A stretch of 64,000 nt of DNA from NCBI GenBank assembly GCA_963848285.1, contig CAWKCZ010000003.1, positions 67 through 64,066 on the forward strand. Direction: 5' to 3'. How positions within the stretch are numbered: position 1 is the first letter of the stretch; every line of letters starts with the position of its first letter. The position numbers and the translations under genes were made by a program. This document shows positions 33,660 to 44,189 of the stretch, piece after piece. The notes below the pieces were generated by a model. That model was given only the letters and a program-made list of their open reading frames with translations. It searched no databases and was not told the origin of the DNA. The DNA comes from an uncultured delta proteobacterium (lineage in GTDB: Bacteria > Desulfobacterota > Binatia > Binatales > Binataceae).

Positions 33660-34541
33660 TCAGCGATCCTCTCTAAGCAGCGCCGCCTTGGCCGCCTTTA
33701 GCTCCTTCATCTGGGCCGCGTTCATCTTCGGATAGTCCACCTTCATGTTGGCCAGCGTCTCGACGATAGTCTCCGCAACCACCACCCGGGTAAACCACTT
33801 GTTGTCGGCCGGCACCACGTACCATGGTGCATCCGGAGTCGCGGTATGCGCGATCATCTCCTCGTATGCCGTCATATAGTCGTCCCATCGCTCGCGCTCG
33901 CGCACGTCGGAGGCCGACAGCTTCCAATGCTTCTCCGGCTCCTCGAGCCGTTCGAGGAAGCGCTTCTTCTGCTCCTGCTTCGACACGTTGAGGAAGAACT
34001 TCCGAATCACGATGCCGTTGCGCGTCAGGTAGCGTTCGAAGTTCGCGATGTCCTGGTAGCGCTCCTTCCAGATGTGCTTTGAAATCAGCGTCGGCGGAAG
34101 ATGCTGGCTCTGAAGCATCTCGTTGTGGACGCGGACCACCAGCACTTCCTCATAATAGGATCGGTTGAAAATGCCGATGTCGCCGCGCCGCGGCAGAACC
34201 TTGCTCGCGCGCCACAGATAGTCATGATCGAGCTCCTCGGTCGAGGGCGATTTAAACGAATGGACCGTGCATCCCTGCGGATTGACCCCCGACATTACGT
34301 GCTTGATGGCGCTGTCCTTGCCGGCCGCATCCATCGCCTGGAACATGACCAGCAGCGCCCATCGATCCTGTGCGTAGAGCTTGTCCTGCAATTCCGCCAT
34401 CCGATGCACTCCTTGCTGGAGGAGCTCGGCGGCATCTTCATTCGTCTTCAAACCCCGAGTCTCGCCGGGGTCGTAATCGCTCAGACGGAAATGTTTTCCA
34501 TGCTCAACCCGGAACGGCTTGATGAACTTGGCGCGCTTCAT
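33660..34541 (-). CDS. ppk2: Polyphosphate kinase 2 (class III-like)
   Basis: FQAMDAAGKD, HDYLWR, FNRSYYE, APWYVVPADNKW. Confidence 0.93.
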   Translation of the reverse strand: MKRAKFIKPFRVEHGKHFRLSDYDPGETRGLKTNEDAAELLQQGVHRMAELQDKLYAQDRWALLVMFQAMDAAGKDSAIKHVMSGVNPQGCTVHSFKSPSTEELDHDYLWRASKVLPRRGDIGIFNRSYYEEVLVVRVHNEMLQSQHLPPTLISKHIWKERYQDIANFERYLTRNGIVIRKFFLNVSKQEQKKRFLERLEEPEKHWKLSASDVRERERWDDYMTAYEEMIAHTATPDAPWYVVPADNKWFTRVVVAETIVETLANMKVDYPKMNAAQMKELKAAKAALLREDR

Positions 34542-34550
34542 GTCTCGATG

Positions 34551-34868
34551 TTAGCGCAGCCGGTGCGAATCCGAGACAGGTGAAATTGCTATGCGCCCTT
34601 TTTTCTTCTGGAGGATGTGCTTGGCCTTTTCGAGTTCGCGCTTGCGCGCAGCGCTGAGCTTCTTGCCGCCGCGATTGATGAACATCTGGACCATTTTGAT
34701 GGCCGAGCCGACGCCCCCCGGCGAGACGCTCTTGCGCTCCATGATGCGCGCGATCTCCTCGCCCGATTTGGTGAAGGTACCTTCGGGGGGATGGGTCGAA
34801 TCGGTCTTGATGGTCCGCGCCCACTTCCGTTTTGGTGGCGCACTCTTACTGTTCGCTTTGGACGGCAT
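34551..34868 (-). CDS. DUF3175-like small basic protein (true stop may be ~34589)
   Basis: KW...T.S...PEG.F...IA...SA..M..FINRGGK.L....R.LE.AK pattern. Confidence 0.7.
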   Translation of the reverse strand: MPSKANSKSAPPKRKWARTIKTDSTHPPEGTFTKSGEEIARIMERKSVSPGGVGSAIKMVQMFINRGGKKLSAARKRELEKAKHILQKKKGRIAISPVSDSHRLR

Positions 34869-34988
34869 CTGAATTACCTCAGCGATCTAAGGGTTCGATC
34901 GATTTGACGGAGAGTCTGTCTCGATGATTCGAGCCATCGAAACTGCCTTGGTACATTTGCCGTTCGGAGCTAGCCTGATCGCACTCCA

Positions 34989-35609
34989 ATGCGCAGGAAC
35001 GCTCTCAGACCGATCGCGATTGTCGCACTCCTGATCGTGTCGTCATGCTCGCTCTACCAGGACTATCAGGCGAGCAGTCCCGCAAAGATTATGGAGACCG
35101 AGGCGCGGCTGGTGAAGGCGGGCTTCGAGCGGGTTCCCATCCAGACCCCCGAGCAGGGCGGGGCCGTCGAACAGCTTCCGCTGCATCGCTTGAATCGTTA
35201 CGACAGCGTCGAGGGCAGCGTCTTCTGGTACGCAGACCCTACCGTTTGTAGCTGCCTGTACGAGGGCGACCAGGCGGCCTACGAGCGCTATGCCGGAGAG
35301 CTTCAGCAGGAGCACGACACCGCGGAATACATGAATGAGCAGGCGCCGGCGCAGTTAGTGAATCTGAGTCCGTTCGGCTATGCGTTTCCCGCGCCGTTGA
35401 TCTTCCGCACCTGGCCGGTCTGGATTCCTCCGCGCGGCGGCGGCGTCCATTCAACTGGCGGTGGCGGCATCCAACCTAAGAGTGGAGGAAGCAATGGTGG
35501 TGGCGGAGTGAAGTCCTCGGGCGGCGGAGGCGGCCCTATCCATTCGCACGGCAGCGGAGGCGGCGGCCATTACGGCGTCCACGGCGGCGGCATCCACAGC
35601 CATCACTGA
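34989..35609 (+). CDS. Hypothetical lipoprotein with Gly/His-rich tail
   Basis: Lipobox-like IVSSC, YADPTVCSCLY.G, tail GGGPIHSHG...GIHSHH. Confidence 0.7.
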   Translation: MRRNALRPIAIVALLIVSSCSLYQDYQASSPAKIMETEARLVKAGFERVPIQTPEQGGAVEQLPLHRLNRYDSVEGSVFWYADPTVCSCLYEGDQAAYERYAGELQQEHDTAEYMNEQAPAQLVNLSPFGYAFPAPLIFRTWPVWIPPRGGGVHSTGGGGIQPKSGGSNGGGGVKSSGGGGGPIHSHGSGGGGHYGVHGGGIHSHH

Positions 35610-35717
35610 GGAAGTCGAATTGCTAGCAGATGGTGAGAACCGCGCGAGCGGCGGGCACTGGTGATCGCTCACTGTGAAGAACCCTCGACATTGGAGGTCG
35701 GCGCAAGCCGCGGCGCC

Positions 35718-35859
35718 GTAGGGGGCGGTTGTACCGCCTCGTTGGAATCTTGGATGCTTTGGTCCACATAGTTGATTGGCTAAATCTTCCCGTGGGCGGA
35801 TGTAGAAATGGTCGCTTCGCGATCAGGATTCTATCGGGGCGTTCGCGAACGCCCCCTAC
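35718..35859. repeat. Inverted pair of family B GTAG REPs (REPIN-like)
   Basis: GTAGGGGGCGGTTGTACCGCC at 35718, and GATCAGGATTC..GGGGCGTTCGCGAACGCCCCCTAC ending at 35859. Confidence 0.75.
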
Positions 35860-35888
35860 AGCTTTGAAGGATCGAGGCCTGCTATATG

Positions 35889-35922
35889 AAAAACGAAAGG
35901 GCCGTTCCGATGAACGGCCCTT
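35889..35922 (-). terminator. Rho-independent terminator after etfA
   Basis: 11-bp stem AAGGGCCGTTC/GAACGGCCCTT with T-rich tail on the minus strand. Confidence 0.75.
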
Positions 35923-35947
35923 CTCAATAACATGCTGATGACTCCGG

Positions 35948-36925
35948 TTAGTGCGCTTTCGCCTTCTTCACTTCCTCGGCCATCTCGGGGACGGCTTTGA
36001 AGAGATCGGCGACCAGGCCGTAGTCGGCGACGTTGAAAATCGGCGCTTCCTCATCCTTGTTGATCGCGACGATGATCTTGGAATCTTTCATCCCCGCCAG
36101 ATGCTGAATGGCGCCGGAAATTCCCACTGCCACATATAGCTCGGGCGCGACCACCTTGCCGGTCTGGCCGACCTGCAAATCGTTGGGGACGAAGCCCGCA
36201 TCGACGGCGGCGCGGCTGGCGCCCATCGCGGCGCCCATCTCATCGACGAGCGGCTCGAGCACAGTCTTGAAGTTCTCGCCGGACTTGAGGCCGCGTCCGC
36301 CTGACACCACGATGCGCGCCTCGGTGAGCTGCGGACGATCACTCTTGGTCTGGTTGAACGAGACGAACTCCATCTTCGCCGATGCGGTATCGATCTCGGC
36401 AGTGACCTTCTCGATCGGAGCGGCGGCGTCGGTCGGGCTTCGAGGCATCGAAAGCGGTGCCGCGCACCGTGATGACTTTGACCGGACCATCGAACTCGAC
36501 CGTCGCCATCGCATTGCCGGCGTACATCGGACGCACCACGGTGCCGTCGTCGCCAATCGAGCTGATGTCGGATGCCATCGGCGCTTTCATGCGCGCGGCC
36601 AGCCGCGGCATCAGGTCCTTGCCGATCGCGGTCGCCGTCGCGAGGACGTACTCGGCGCCGGTCGCCTTGACGAGGTTGGCGAGCGCCTGCGCATGCGCAT
36701 CGGCGAGGTAGTTCTTCAGCGCCGGGACTCGCCGAGCGCGATCACCTTCGCGACGCCATACTTCGCGATGTCGCCGGCGAGCGCATCAGGATTGTCGCTC
36801 GCGACCACCGCGATGGCCTTGCCGCCGCGCTTTTGCGCGAGTTCGAGGCCGGCGTGGATAGCGGTCAGTGTTGTTTTAGGAAAATGGCCGAGCTGATGTT
36901 CGGCAAAAATCAGTACGTCACCCAT
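35948..36925 (-). CDS. etfA: Electron transfer flavoprotein alpha subunit (frameshifted)
   Basis: [40 protein letters not shown]. Confidence 0.96.
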
Positions 36926-36944
36926 AATTTTATTGACCTAATTC

Positions 36945-37015
36945 GCTTCGACTCCGCTGCGCTCCGCCTCACGGCGCACGCGCGGCGCTCGAGAAGACGC
37001 CCCTTCGGTCTCATC
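36945..37015 (-). repeat. Intergenic repeat family D, copy 2 (between etfB and etfA)
   Basis: Minus strand GAGGCGGAGCGCAGCGGAGTCGA. Confidence 0.6.
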
Positions 37016-37024
37016 CGTCAAATA

Positions 37025-37771
37025 CTAGATAACTTTCGCTTCGGTATGCAGCACCGCGACCAGTTCCTGCACCGATGCGACCTTCCTGCCGGCCTGACGC
37101 TTCGGCGGCGCCGCCAGCGTCTTGATCTTCAGCTTCGGCGCGAGGTCGACGCCGAGGCTGTCGGCCGGGACTTCCTTCAGTTCCTTCTTGCGCGCCTTCA
37201 TGATGCCGGGCAGGGACGCATAGCGCGGTTCGTTGAGGCGCAGGTCGGTGCTGATGACGCCCGGGAGGTTGAACGCGATAGTCTCGAGGCCGCCATCGAC
37301 CTCGCGCACCACCGTGCATTTGGTGTCCGCGAACTCGACCTTCGAGGCGAAGGTGGCCTGCGGCCATCCGAGCAGCTCGGCCACCATCTGCGGAACCTGG
37401 CTGGAGTCGTCGTCGATGGCCTGCTTGCCCAGCACGATGAGGTCGGGCTTCTGCTCTTCGGCGACCTTCGCGAGGATGCCGGCGAGCGCGAGCGAATCGA
37501 GCGCGGCGTCAGTCTTCACCAGGATCGCGCGGTCGGCGCCCATCGCGAGGCCGGTGCGAAGCTGCTCCTGCCAGGTCGATTGACCGATGGTGACGAGCAC
37601 GACCTCGCCGCCCTGCTTCTCCTTGATGCGGAGCGCTTCTTCGATCGCGATCTCATCGAATGGGTTGATGACCCATTTGACGTTGTCGGTGGCAATCCCG
37701 GAACCATCGGGCATCACGCGGATGGTGGTTGCGGGATCGGGAACTCTTTTGATGGGCACGAGAATCTTCAC
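37025..37771 (-). CDS. etfB: Electron transfer flavoprotein beta subunit
   Basis: KRVPD, NPFDEIAIEEA, GKQAIDDD, LNEPRYASL. Confidence 0.97.
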   Translation of the reverse strand: MKILVPIKRVPDPATTIRVMPDGSGIATDNVKWVINPFDEIAIEEALRIKEKQGGEVVLVTIGQSTWQEQLRTGLAMGADRAILVKTDAALDSLALAGILAKVAEEQKPDLIVLGKQAIDDDSSQVPQMVAELLGWPQATFASKVEFADTKCTVVREVDGGLETIAFNLPGVISTDLRLNEPRYASLPGIMKARKKELKEVPADSLGVDLAPKLKIKTLAAPPKRQAGRKVASVQELVAVLHTEAKVI

Positions 37772-37922
37772 GACAGTTTCACCTGAAGCGTATCAGTGTA
37801 TTTGCGGCGAATGCTATGGAAGACTGATGGTCGTATCGATTTCGAGCGCCAAGCGAACGTAACAGCGGCCCTAATGCCAGTCAAATGCTAAATCAGCTGC
37901 ATCTAATAATAGCCCGAATCGA

Positions 37923-38711
37923 TTATTCGTTATAGCCCAGCCGATGACTCAGCTCGCGCCCCGCATCGAGGATCAACGGCGCGATTTCCGAGGCCACCCG
38001 ATCATCCGGGAATCCGGTAGGCCGGCCCCGATACCGACAGCGAGCCGACTACCGAGCGGGTGTAGTCGCGAATCGGCACCGCGATCGAGGAAACCTCATC
38101 GAGATACTCGCCGCTGTCGACCGCATAGCCATTTTTCGCCACCGACTCCAACTGCGCGAAGAGCTGCGCGCGATCGGTGATGGTGCGCTCGGTGTATGCG
38201 CTTGCAGGATATCCGGCAGCGACGACTTCAGTTGCTCATCGGTATCGAACGCCAGATGCGTCTTGCCCGCCGCCGTCGCCCATAGCGGCAGGGTCTGCCC
38301 GACCGGCGAATTGATACGCACCGCGCGATCCTCGGGATCGACCGCCTCCAGTGGCATCACGCCCTCGCGCCGATACACCGCGACATAGGTGCTCTCGCGG
38401 CATTTGCGGGTGACATCGGCGAGGATCGGGCGCGCCTGGCGCACCAGCCCCATATGCTCGATGTAGCGCCGCCCGAGATGCAGGCATTTGATGCCGAGGC
38501 GATAGTTCTCGCTCGCCTTGTTCTGCTCGATATAGCCGCGCGCTTCGAGGGTGGCGAGCAGCCTGAAAACATTGTTCTTATGGAGCTTGAGGCGTTTGGA
38601 AATTCGGTGACGCCGAGCTCATCGACGTCGCCGAAGAACTGCTCCATCACGTCGAGCGCGTGCGACGACGGACTGGATGAGGTAATTGGTTTTATCGCGT
38701 CTCACTACCAT
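37923..38711 (-). CDS. IclR family transcriptional regulator (frameshifted)
   Basis: HALDVME, HTH region LHKNNVFRLL, ATAAGK, IAVPIRD, ends ELSHRLGYNE. Confidence 0.85.
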
Positions 38712-38901
38712 GCTGAATCGGAACGCCTTCCTATCGCTCGCGTCCATTTTGGGAAAGCGTTTTAATCTAGACGGGCAGGGCAAAGCATGTCAACGATGCC
38801 TTCGAGTCGATTTTGCCCTCGAATTCGCCGTAGTTTTCTGCCTATGACACTATGCGCGTAGTCACATCGCGGACTTGCGGAGCACGGAGGCGTCATGAAA
38901 A

Positions 38902-39531
38902 ATGGCATCCGATTTTAAACCTGAGTTTTTTCGCCGCCTCGATGATTCCGAAGACGAGGGTTTTTACTCGGCGCCGCGCTTCGTCGTCCATATAGATGAA
39001 GGCGCCATCGCCAAAGTCGGCGCCATCTATGCGCAACTGCTTCCGCAAGGCGGCGCCATCCTCGACTTGATGAGCAGTTGGCGCACGCATCTGACCGAAC
39101 ACGTTCGGCCCTCGCGCGTGGTCGGCGTCGGCCTCAATCGCGATGAGATGGAGGACAATCCGCAACTCACCGAGGCCGTCGTTCACAACGTCAATGCGAA
39201 TCCGCGCCTGCCCTTCGATGACGCGCAGTTCGATGGCGCGATCATGACCGTCTCGGCGCAGTACCTGACGCATCCGATCGAAACATTCTCCGATGTCGGC
39301 CGCGTGCTGAAGCCGGGCGCGCCGTTCATCGTGACATTTTCCAATCGGATGTTCCCGACCAAGGCGGTTGCGATCTGGCAACACCTCGACGAGCGCGACC
39401 GGGTCGGGCTGGTGGGGCGCTACTTCAAGGACAGCGGCGCATTTGAGAAGATAGATGTGATCGACAAGAGCGCGCCGACCAATCCGCCCTCCGATCCGAT
39501 TTGGGCGGTGGTGGGATACCGAATCTCATGA
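38902..39531 (+). CDS. Class I SAM-dependent methyltransferase
   Basis: FYSAPRFVVHID, ILDLMSSW, FSNRMFPTKA. Confidence 0.85.
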   Translation: MASDFKPEFFRRLDDSEDEGFYSAPRFVVHIDEGAIAKVGAIYAQLLPQGGAILDLMSSWRTHLTEHVRPSRVVGVGLNRDEMEDNPQLTEAVVHNVNANPRLPFDDAQFDGAIMTVSAQYLTHPIETFSDVGRVLKPGAPFIVTFSNRMFPTKAVAIWQHLDERDRVGLVGRYFKDSGAFEKIDVIDKSAPTNPPSDPIWAVVGYRIS

Positions 39532-41128
39532 GCGCGAAAGGCGCTTGGTCAGGCTCGCGACGACGGTCAGAAGTTCCAGCGGCTCGATCGGCTTCGGCAC
39601 GTGCATTTGATATCCCGCCGATAGCACATTGAGGCGGTCCTGCGTACGGGCGAACGCGGTCAACGCGATGGCGGGAATTGCGCCACCTTGTTCGGGCGGC
39701 AGCGCGCGCAGTTTCCGCATCAGGCTGAAACCATCTTCATTAGGCATCCCGATGTCCGACACCAGCAGGTCGGGATGCCATTGCTCGATCAGCTCCAACG
39801 CGCGAGCAGCACTCGCCGCGGTTTTCAATTCCGCGCCCGCGTTGCTGAGGACCAGCGAAATCACCTCGCGCGCATCGGGTTCGTCATCGACCACCAGAAC
39901 CTTCAAACCGGCCAACGACGGGTCGTCGCCATGAAGAATTTGTGCCGCGGTCGGATGACTGCGCTCTTCCGCGGTCGAAGCGGGCTGGAGTGCGGCCATC
40001 AGCGGCAGATGCACGACGAACTGCGCCCCTTTGTCGCGTCCTTCACTCGCCGCGGTGACGTCGCCTCCGTGCAGTTGCGCGAGATGACGCGCGATGGTCA
40101 GGCCCAGGCCGAGGCCTCCATATTCGCGGGTACTGCCGGTACCGCCTTGGCGAAAGCGCTCGAAGATAAACGGCAGCACTTCCGCGGCGATTCCCTCACC
40201 GGTATCAGTGACGACGATTTCGACGTGCGAGTTAATCCGATGCAGCTGAATCTGCACTCTGCCGCCACGCGGAGTGAATTTGACCGAATTCGAAAGCAGG
40301 TTGGTAAAGACCTGCTGCAGCCGATCGGGATCGCCCGCGACCGGGCCGGCGCCCGGATCCAGAAACGTCTGTAATCGGATTCCCTTACCGGCGGCGGCAG
40401 GCCGCACCACCTCGAGCGCAGATTCGATGACGTCGATCAGGTGAAACGGCCGGATGTCGAGACGCATGCGTCCTGAAACGATCCGCGAGACATCGAGCAG
40501 GTCCGCAATCATCTGATTTTGCAATTGGGCGTTGCGTTGGATGGTGTCGATCGCGCGCGCGGCCTGGTCCTCGGTCAATCGGCCGGTCTTGCAGGAGCGA
40601 AGCCCATCCGGTGATAGCATTCAGTGGACTGCGCAGCTCATGCGAGACGACCGCGAGGAATTCGTCCTTGAGGCGATTGGCGGTTTCGGCGTCCTCGCGG
40701 GCCTGTTTTTCAGAGGCGTGCAGCCTTTCGCGTTCCTCTTCGGCGGCCTTGCGCTCGGTCACGTCGCGCGCAACCTTGGACGCGCCGATGACACGTCCGG
40801 TCGCGTCGCGCACCGGCGAAACCGTCAGCGAAAACTGCAGCAGGCGGCCGTCCTTGGTGCGGCGCACCGTTTCAAAATGATCGACGCGCTCGCCGCGTCC
40901 AATGCGAGCCAGAACGTCATCCTCCTCGGGCCACCGCTCGCGCGGTATGATCAATGTAATATGTTTGCCGATCGCTTCGTCGGCGCTGTAGCCGAGAATG
41001 CGCTCGGCCGCCGGGTTCCATGACGTGATGATGCCCGCGAGCGTTTTGCTGACTATGACGTCATCGGAAGAGGCGACGATCGCGGCGAGATGTGCGGCGA
41101 CGTCAGACGGTAATCGCGGTATAGTCAA
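39526..41128 (-). CDS. PAS-domain hybrid sensor histidine kinase/response regulator (frameshift near 40600)
   Basis: PAS (SWNPAAERILGY), SHELRSPL, NLLSNSVKF, GLGLGL, receiver VVDD..SDIGMP..KP. Confidence 0.92.
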
Positions 41129-41230
41129 AGCTTCTCTCTATGGTTCGGTCGGAAGTACCTGGAGCGATATAGAGATATGATAAATCTATCTTAACATGCA
41201 TAACTCGCAAATGTTTCGGAGAACGGCCGG

Positions 41231-41623
41231 ATGATTCAGCATCGAGGGCTGCGCCATCTCGCACTGAAGGTTTCCGATGTGGAGCGCGCGGTGAAGTTCT
41301 ACTCACGGGTGTTCGGCATGCGCCTCGTATGGCAACCCGACCCCGAAAATGCGTATCTCTCCTCGGGATGCGATAACCTCGCACTCCACCAAGGATCGCA
41401 TGGCGATGCCGATGCGCAGGTGCTCGATCACCTCGGCTTCATTGTACCGAGCATCGCCGAGGTCGAGGCGGCATGGTCATGGGCGCAGGCAGAGCATCTC
41501 GAGGTTGCGCATCCGTTCAAGCATCATCGCGATGGTTCCGCGTCATTTTATATTCGCGACCCCGACGGCAACGTGATCCAGGTGCTGTACGAACCAACCA
41601 TTTCTCCGCAACAGATTTCATAG
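41231..41623 (+). CDS. VOC/glyoxalase family protein
   Basis: LRHLALKV.D, DHLGF, FYIRDPDGN. Confidence 0.88.
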   Translation: MIQHRGLRHLALKVSDVERAVKFYSRVFGMRLVWQPDPENAYLSSGCDNLALHQGSHGDADAQVLDHLGFIVPSIAEVEAAWSWAQAEHLEVAHPFKHHRDGSASFYIRDPDGNVIQVLYEPTISPQQIS

Positions 41624-41655
41624 CGCCGACGGCTATACGCGGCGACAGGAACCTC

Positions 41656-42767
41656 ATGCTGAAAAATCGCGCCACCTCTGCCGGAACCGCCTCCTATGCT
41701 TCTCGTCATGCCGATATGCCGGGGAATTTTCGCAGCGTGCTCGGACTCGCGATCTCATCGATCGGACTCGGTACCTATCTCGGCGAGACCGACGAGGAAA
41801 CCGATCGCGCCTACGAAGAATCGATTCGCGCCGCGCTTGCGAGGTGGGATCAATCTCATCGATACGGCGGTGAACTATCGCTTCCAGCGCAGCGAGCGCA
41901 CCATCGGAAAAGTGATCGCCGAGATGGTCGCGGCCGGCGAGCTGAAGCGCGAAGAAGTCGTGGTCGCCACTAAGGGTGGCTACATCACCTTCGATGGTGA
42001 GGTGCCGCCCAATCCGCGCGAATGGTTCGAGGAGCACTTCATCCGCACCGGCATCGTTTCGGCGCGAGACATGGTCGAGGGCTCGCATTGCATGACGCCC
42101 AAGTACCTCGGCGCGATGCTCGAAATGAGCCGGCAAAACCTCGGCCTCGACACCATCGACATTTACTATGTCCACAATCCCGAGACCCAGCTCGCCGCCA
42201 TCGATCGCAAGGAATTCCTCGCGCGGATGGGCAAGGCTTTCGAATTCCTCGAGCGCGCGGTGACGGAAAACAAGATCGCATACTACGGCACCGCGACGTG
42301 GAATGGATTTCGCGCGCAGCAGACCGAGCGCGGATGGCTCTCGCTCGACGAGTTGTTGCGCGTCGCGCGCGAGGTCGGTGGCGACGACCATCATTTTCGC
42401 GCGATTCAGCTTCCCTACAACCTCGCGATGCCCGAAGCCGCGACCCTCGCGAATCAGGGCGCCGCCGAATTCGAAGACCACTCCGGTCGCGCTGGCGAAG
42501 GCTTTCGGCATGGCGGTATGTGCGAGCGCCTCGTTGCTGCAAGGCCGCCTCTCGCAGGGACTGCCGCCGATTCTCGCGGAGGCATTTCCGGGGCTCACCA
42601 CCGACGCGCAACGTTCGGTGCAGTTCGTGCGCTCGACCCCCGGCATCGACGTGGCGCTGGTCGGCATGAAATCGCAGGAGCACGTCGAGGACATCCTGGC
42701 GGCGATGCGCCAACCTCCCGCCTCGCGCGACGCGCTGATGAAGCTCTTCAGCCCCGCCAAGCAGTAA
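41656..42767 (+). CDS. Aldo/keto reductase (frameshifted)
   Basis: SSIGLGTY, IDTAVNY, ATKGG, YYVHNP, IQLPYNL. Confidence 0.88.
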
Positions 42768-42793
42768 CTTATCGATGCTCACGGATGTTGGTC

Positions 42794-43975
42794 TCACTTG
42801 CTCGCGATGGGGCGGCTGAAGGCCTCGATCATGTCGCGCCATCGATCGCCGAATGCGAGGATCATCACCTGCTGATTGATCTGCTCGTTGCTATCGAGGC
42901 TATGCATCGCCCCGCCGCCGGCGCGCGTCAGCACCTGATACGCGAGTTGGGTCTCGCGATAGAATTGTGGCAACGCGCCATCGGATTTTCCCGAACCGAG
43001 GTCGCCATGAATCTTTTGTTCGAAGGCCAGCTCGAACCGTTCATGCTCCAGGCGCGATAGATCGACCGCGTTGAACGTTCCATTGCGCGCACGAAATGCC
43101 TCGATCAGTTGCCGCGTCGGCGCGAAATCGTCCTTGGACGGAGGAGCATCGGCGACGAGCACGATGACCTTCTTCGCATACGGACGCCATTCCATTTTGT
43201 CGATCGCAGTCGCGATGCCGCCGCGCACATTCTCTTCCCATTCGTCCCCGCCGGCCGCTGCGATCGATCCGAGAAAGGCTTCCAGCTTCGCGGGCGACAA
43301 GGTGAGCGGCTGCGACTGGATGCCCTCGCCTCTGCCGCCATACACCACCATGCCGATTCTCGCCGTCGGCACCATCCGATGAATCGCCGCAACCAGTTCG
43401 CGCATCTTCGCTTTGACGTCCTGAATCACCAGCGACATGGAGCCGGTGCCGTCGATCACCAGCACCACATCGAGTCCTTTCCGTCGTAGCTCCATTAGAT
43501 AGCCGCCGAAACCGTTGCCGATACCGGGACCGTAGCCGCTTCCGATGCCATCACCGCGCCGCACTCCGATTCCACCCGAAGACCATCCGCGTACGTAAGT
43601 ATCGAGCGCGACCGAGTTCACCTCGGACGTAGCCACTACCGGCGCGCCAAGCGCGACCGGCGCGATCTCCGGCATCGGCTCTTCGGGAACCTCGAGGTCG
43701 CGCATCTCGCTGCCCCCGCCACCGCCGCCGCCAGCTTCGAGCGTAAGCAGCGTGAGATCGCGATTTCGATGCTCATGGATCGTGACGATCAGGAACAGCA
43801 GGAGGAGCGCATGCAGCGAAATCGAAAGCGGGAACGGCCCGCCAATGAAGTGAAGCGCATTGCGTAAGATGCTGTCGCGCTGCGACGAATCATCGCGGCG
43901 GCGCGCGCGCCTGATTAGATACGCAATCAAGATCACTGAGACGCAAGTCACCGTCGCCGCAATGACAATCGTCAT
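42794..43975 (-). CDS. Membrane-anchored vWA domain protein
   Basis: Two N-terminal TMs, Gly-rich linker, LVIDGTGSM, GGD..E, VADAPP; GGAGGTG RBS. Confidence 0.8.
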   Translation of the reverse strand: MTIVIAATVTCVSVILIAYLIRRARRRDDSSQRDSILRNALHFIGGPFPLSISLHALLLLFLIVTIHEHRNRDLTLLTLEAGGGGGGGSEMRDLEVPEEPMPEIAPVALGAPVVATSEVNSVALDTYVRGWSSGGIGVRRGDGIGSGYGPGIGNGFGGYLMELRRKGLDVVLVIDGTGSMSLVIQDVKAKMRELVAAIHRMVPTARIGMVVYGGRGEGIQSQPLTLSPAKLEAFLGSIAAAGGDEWEENVRGGIATAIDKMEWRPYAKKVIVLVADAPPSKDDFAPTRQLIEAFRARNGTFNAVDLSRLEHERFELAFEQKIHGDLGSGKSDGALPQFYRETQLAYQVLTRAGGGAMHSLDSNEQINQQVMILAFGDRWRDMIEAFSRPIASK

Positions 43976-44189
43976 CGGCCTCACCTCCGAAGATGTGGTT
44001 GGAAAGGCCGACCGAGCGAGTGCCCCTGATTTTCCGAAGGTGCGGCCTTCATGGCTAAGACGGCGGCGCGGAATTTTCTTGCAGGATCGAGATGCCCTAC
44101 TGCTTGACACAATGCGATGGGTGCCGCATTTTGGCCGCTGAACGGAGCTGTTTTGAACCTACTCTGCTACCCTGTTTTGCGGAGTTAAG

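Noticed and set aside
34949-34965. TGGTACATTTGC as a sigma54 promoter
   Set aside because: GG-to-GC spacing is not 10 nt
37915-37929. Palindrome CGAAT-N5-ATTCG as an IclR operator for etfBA
   Set aside because: Short, and overlaps the last codons of the IclR gene
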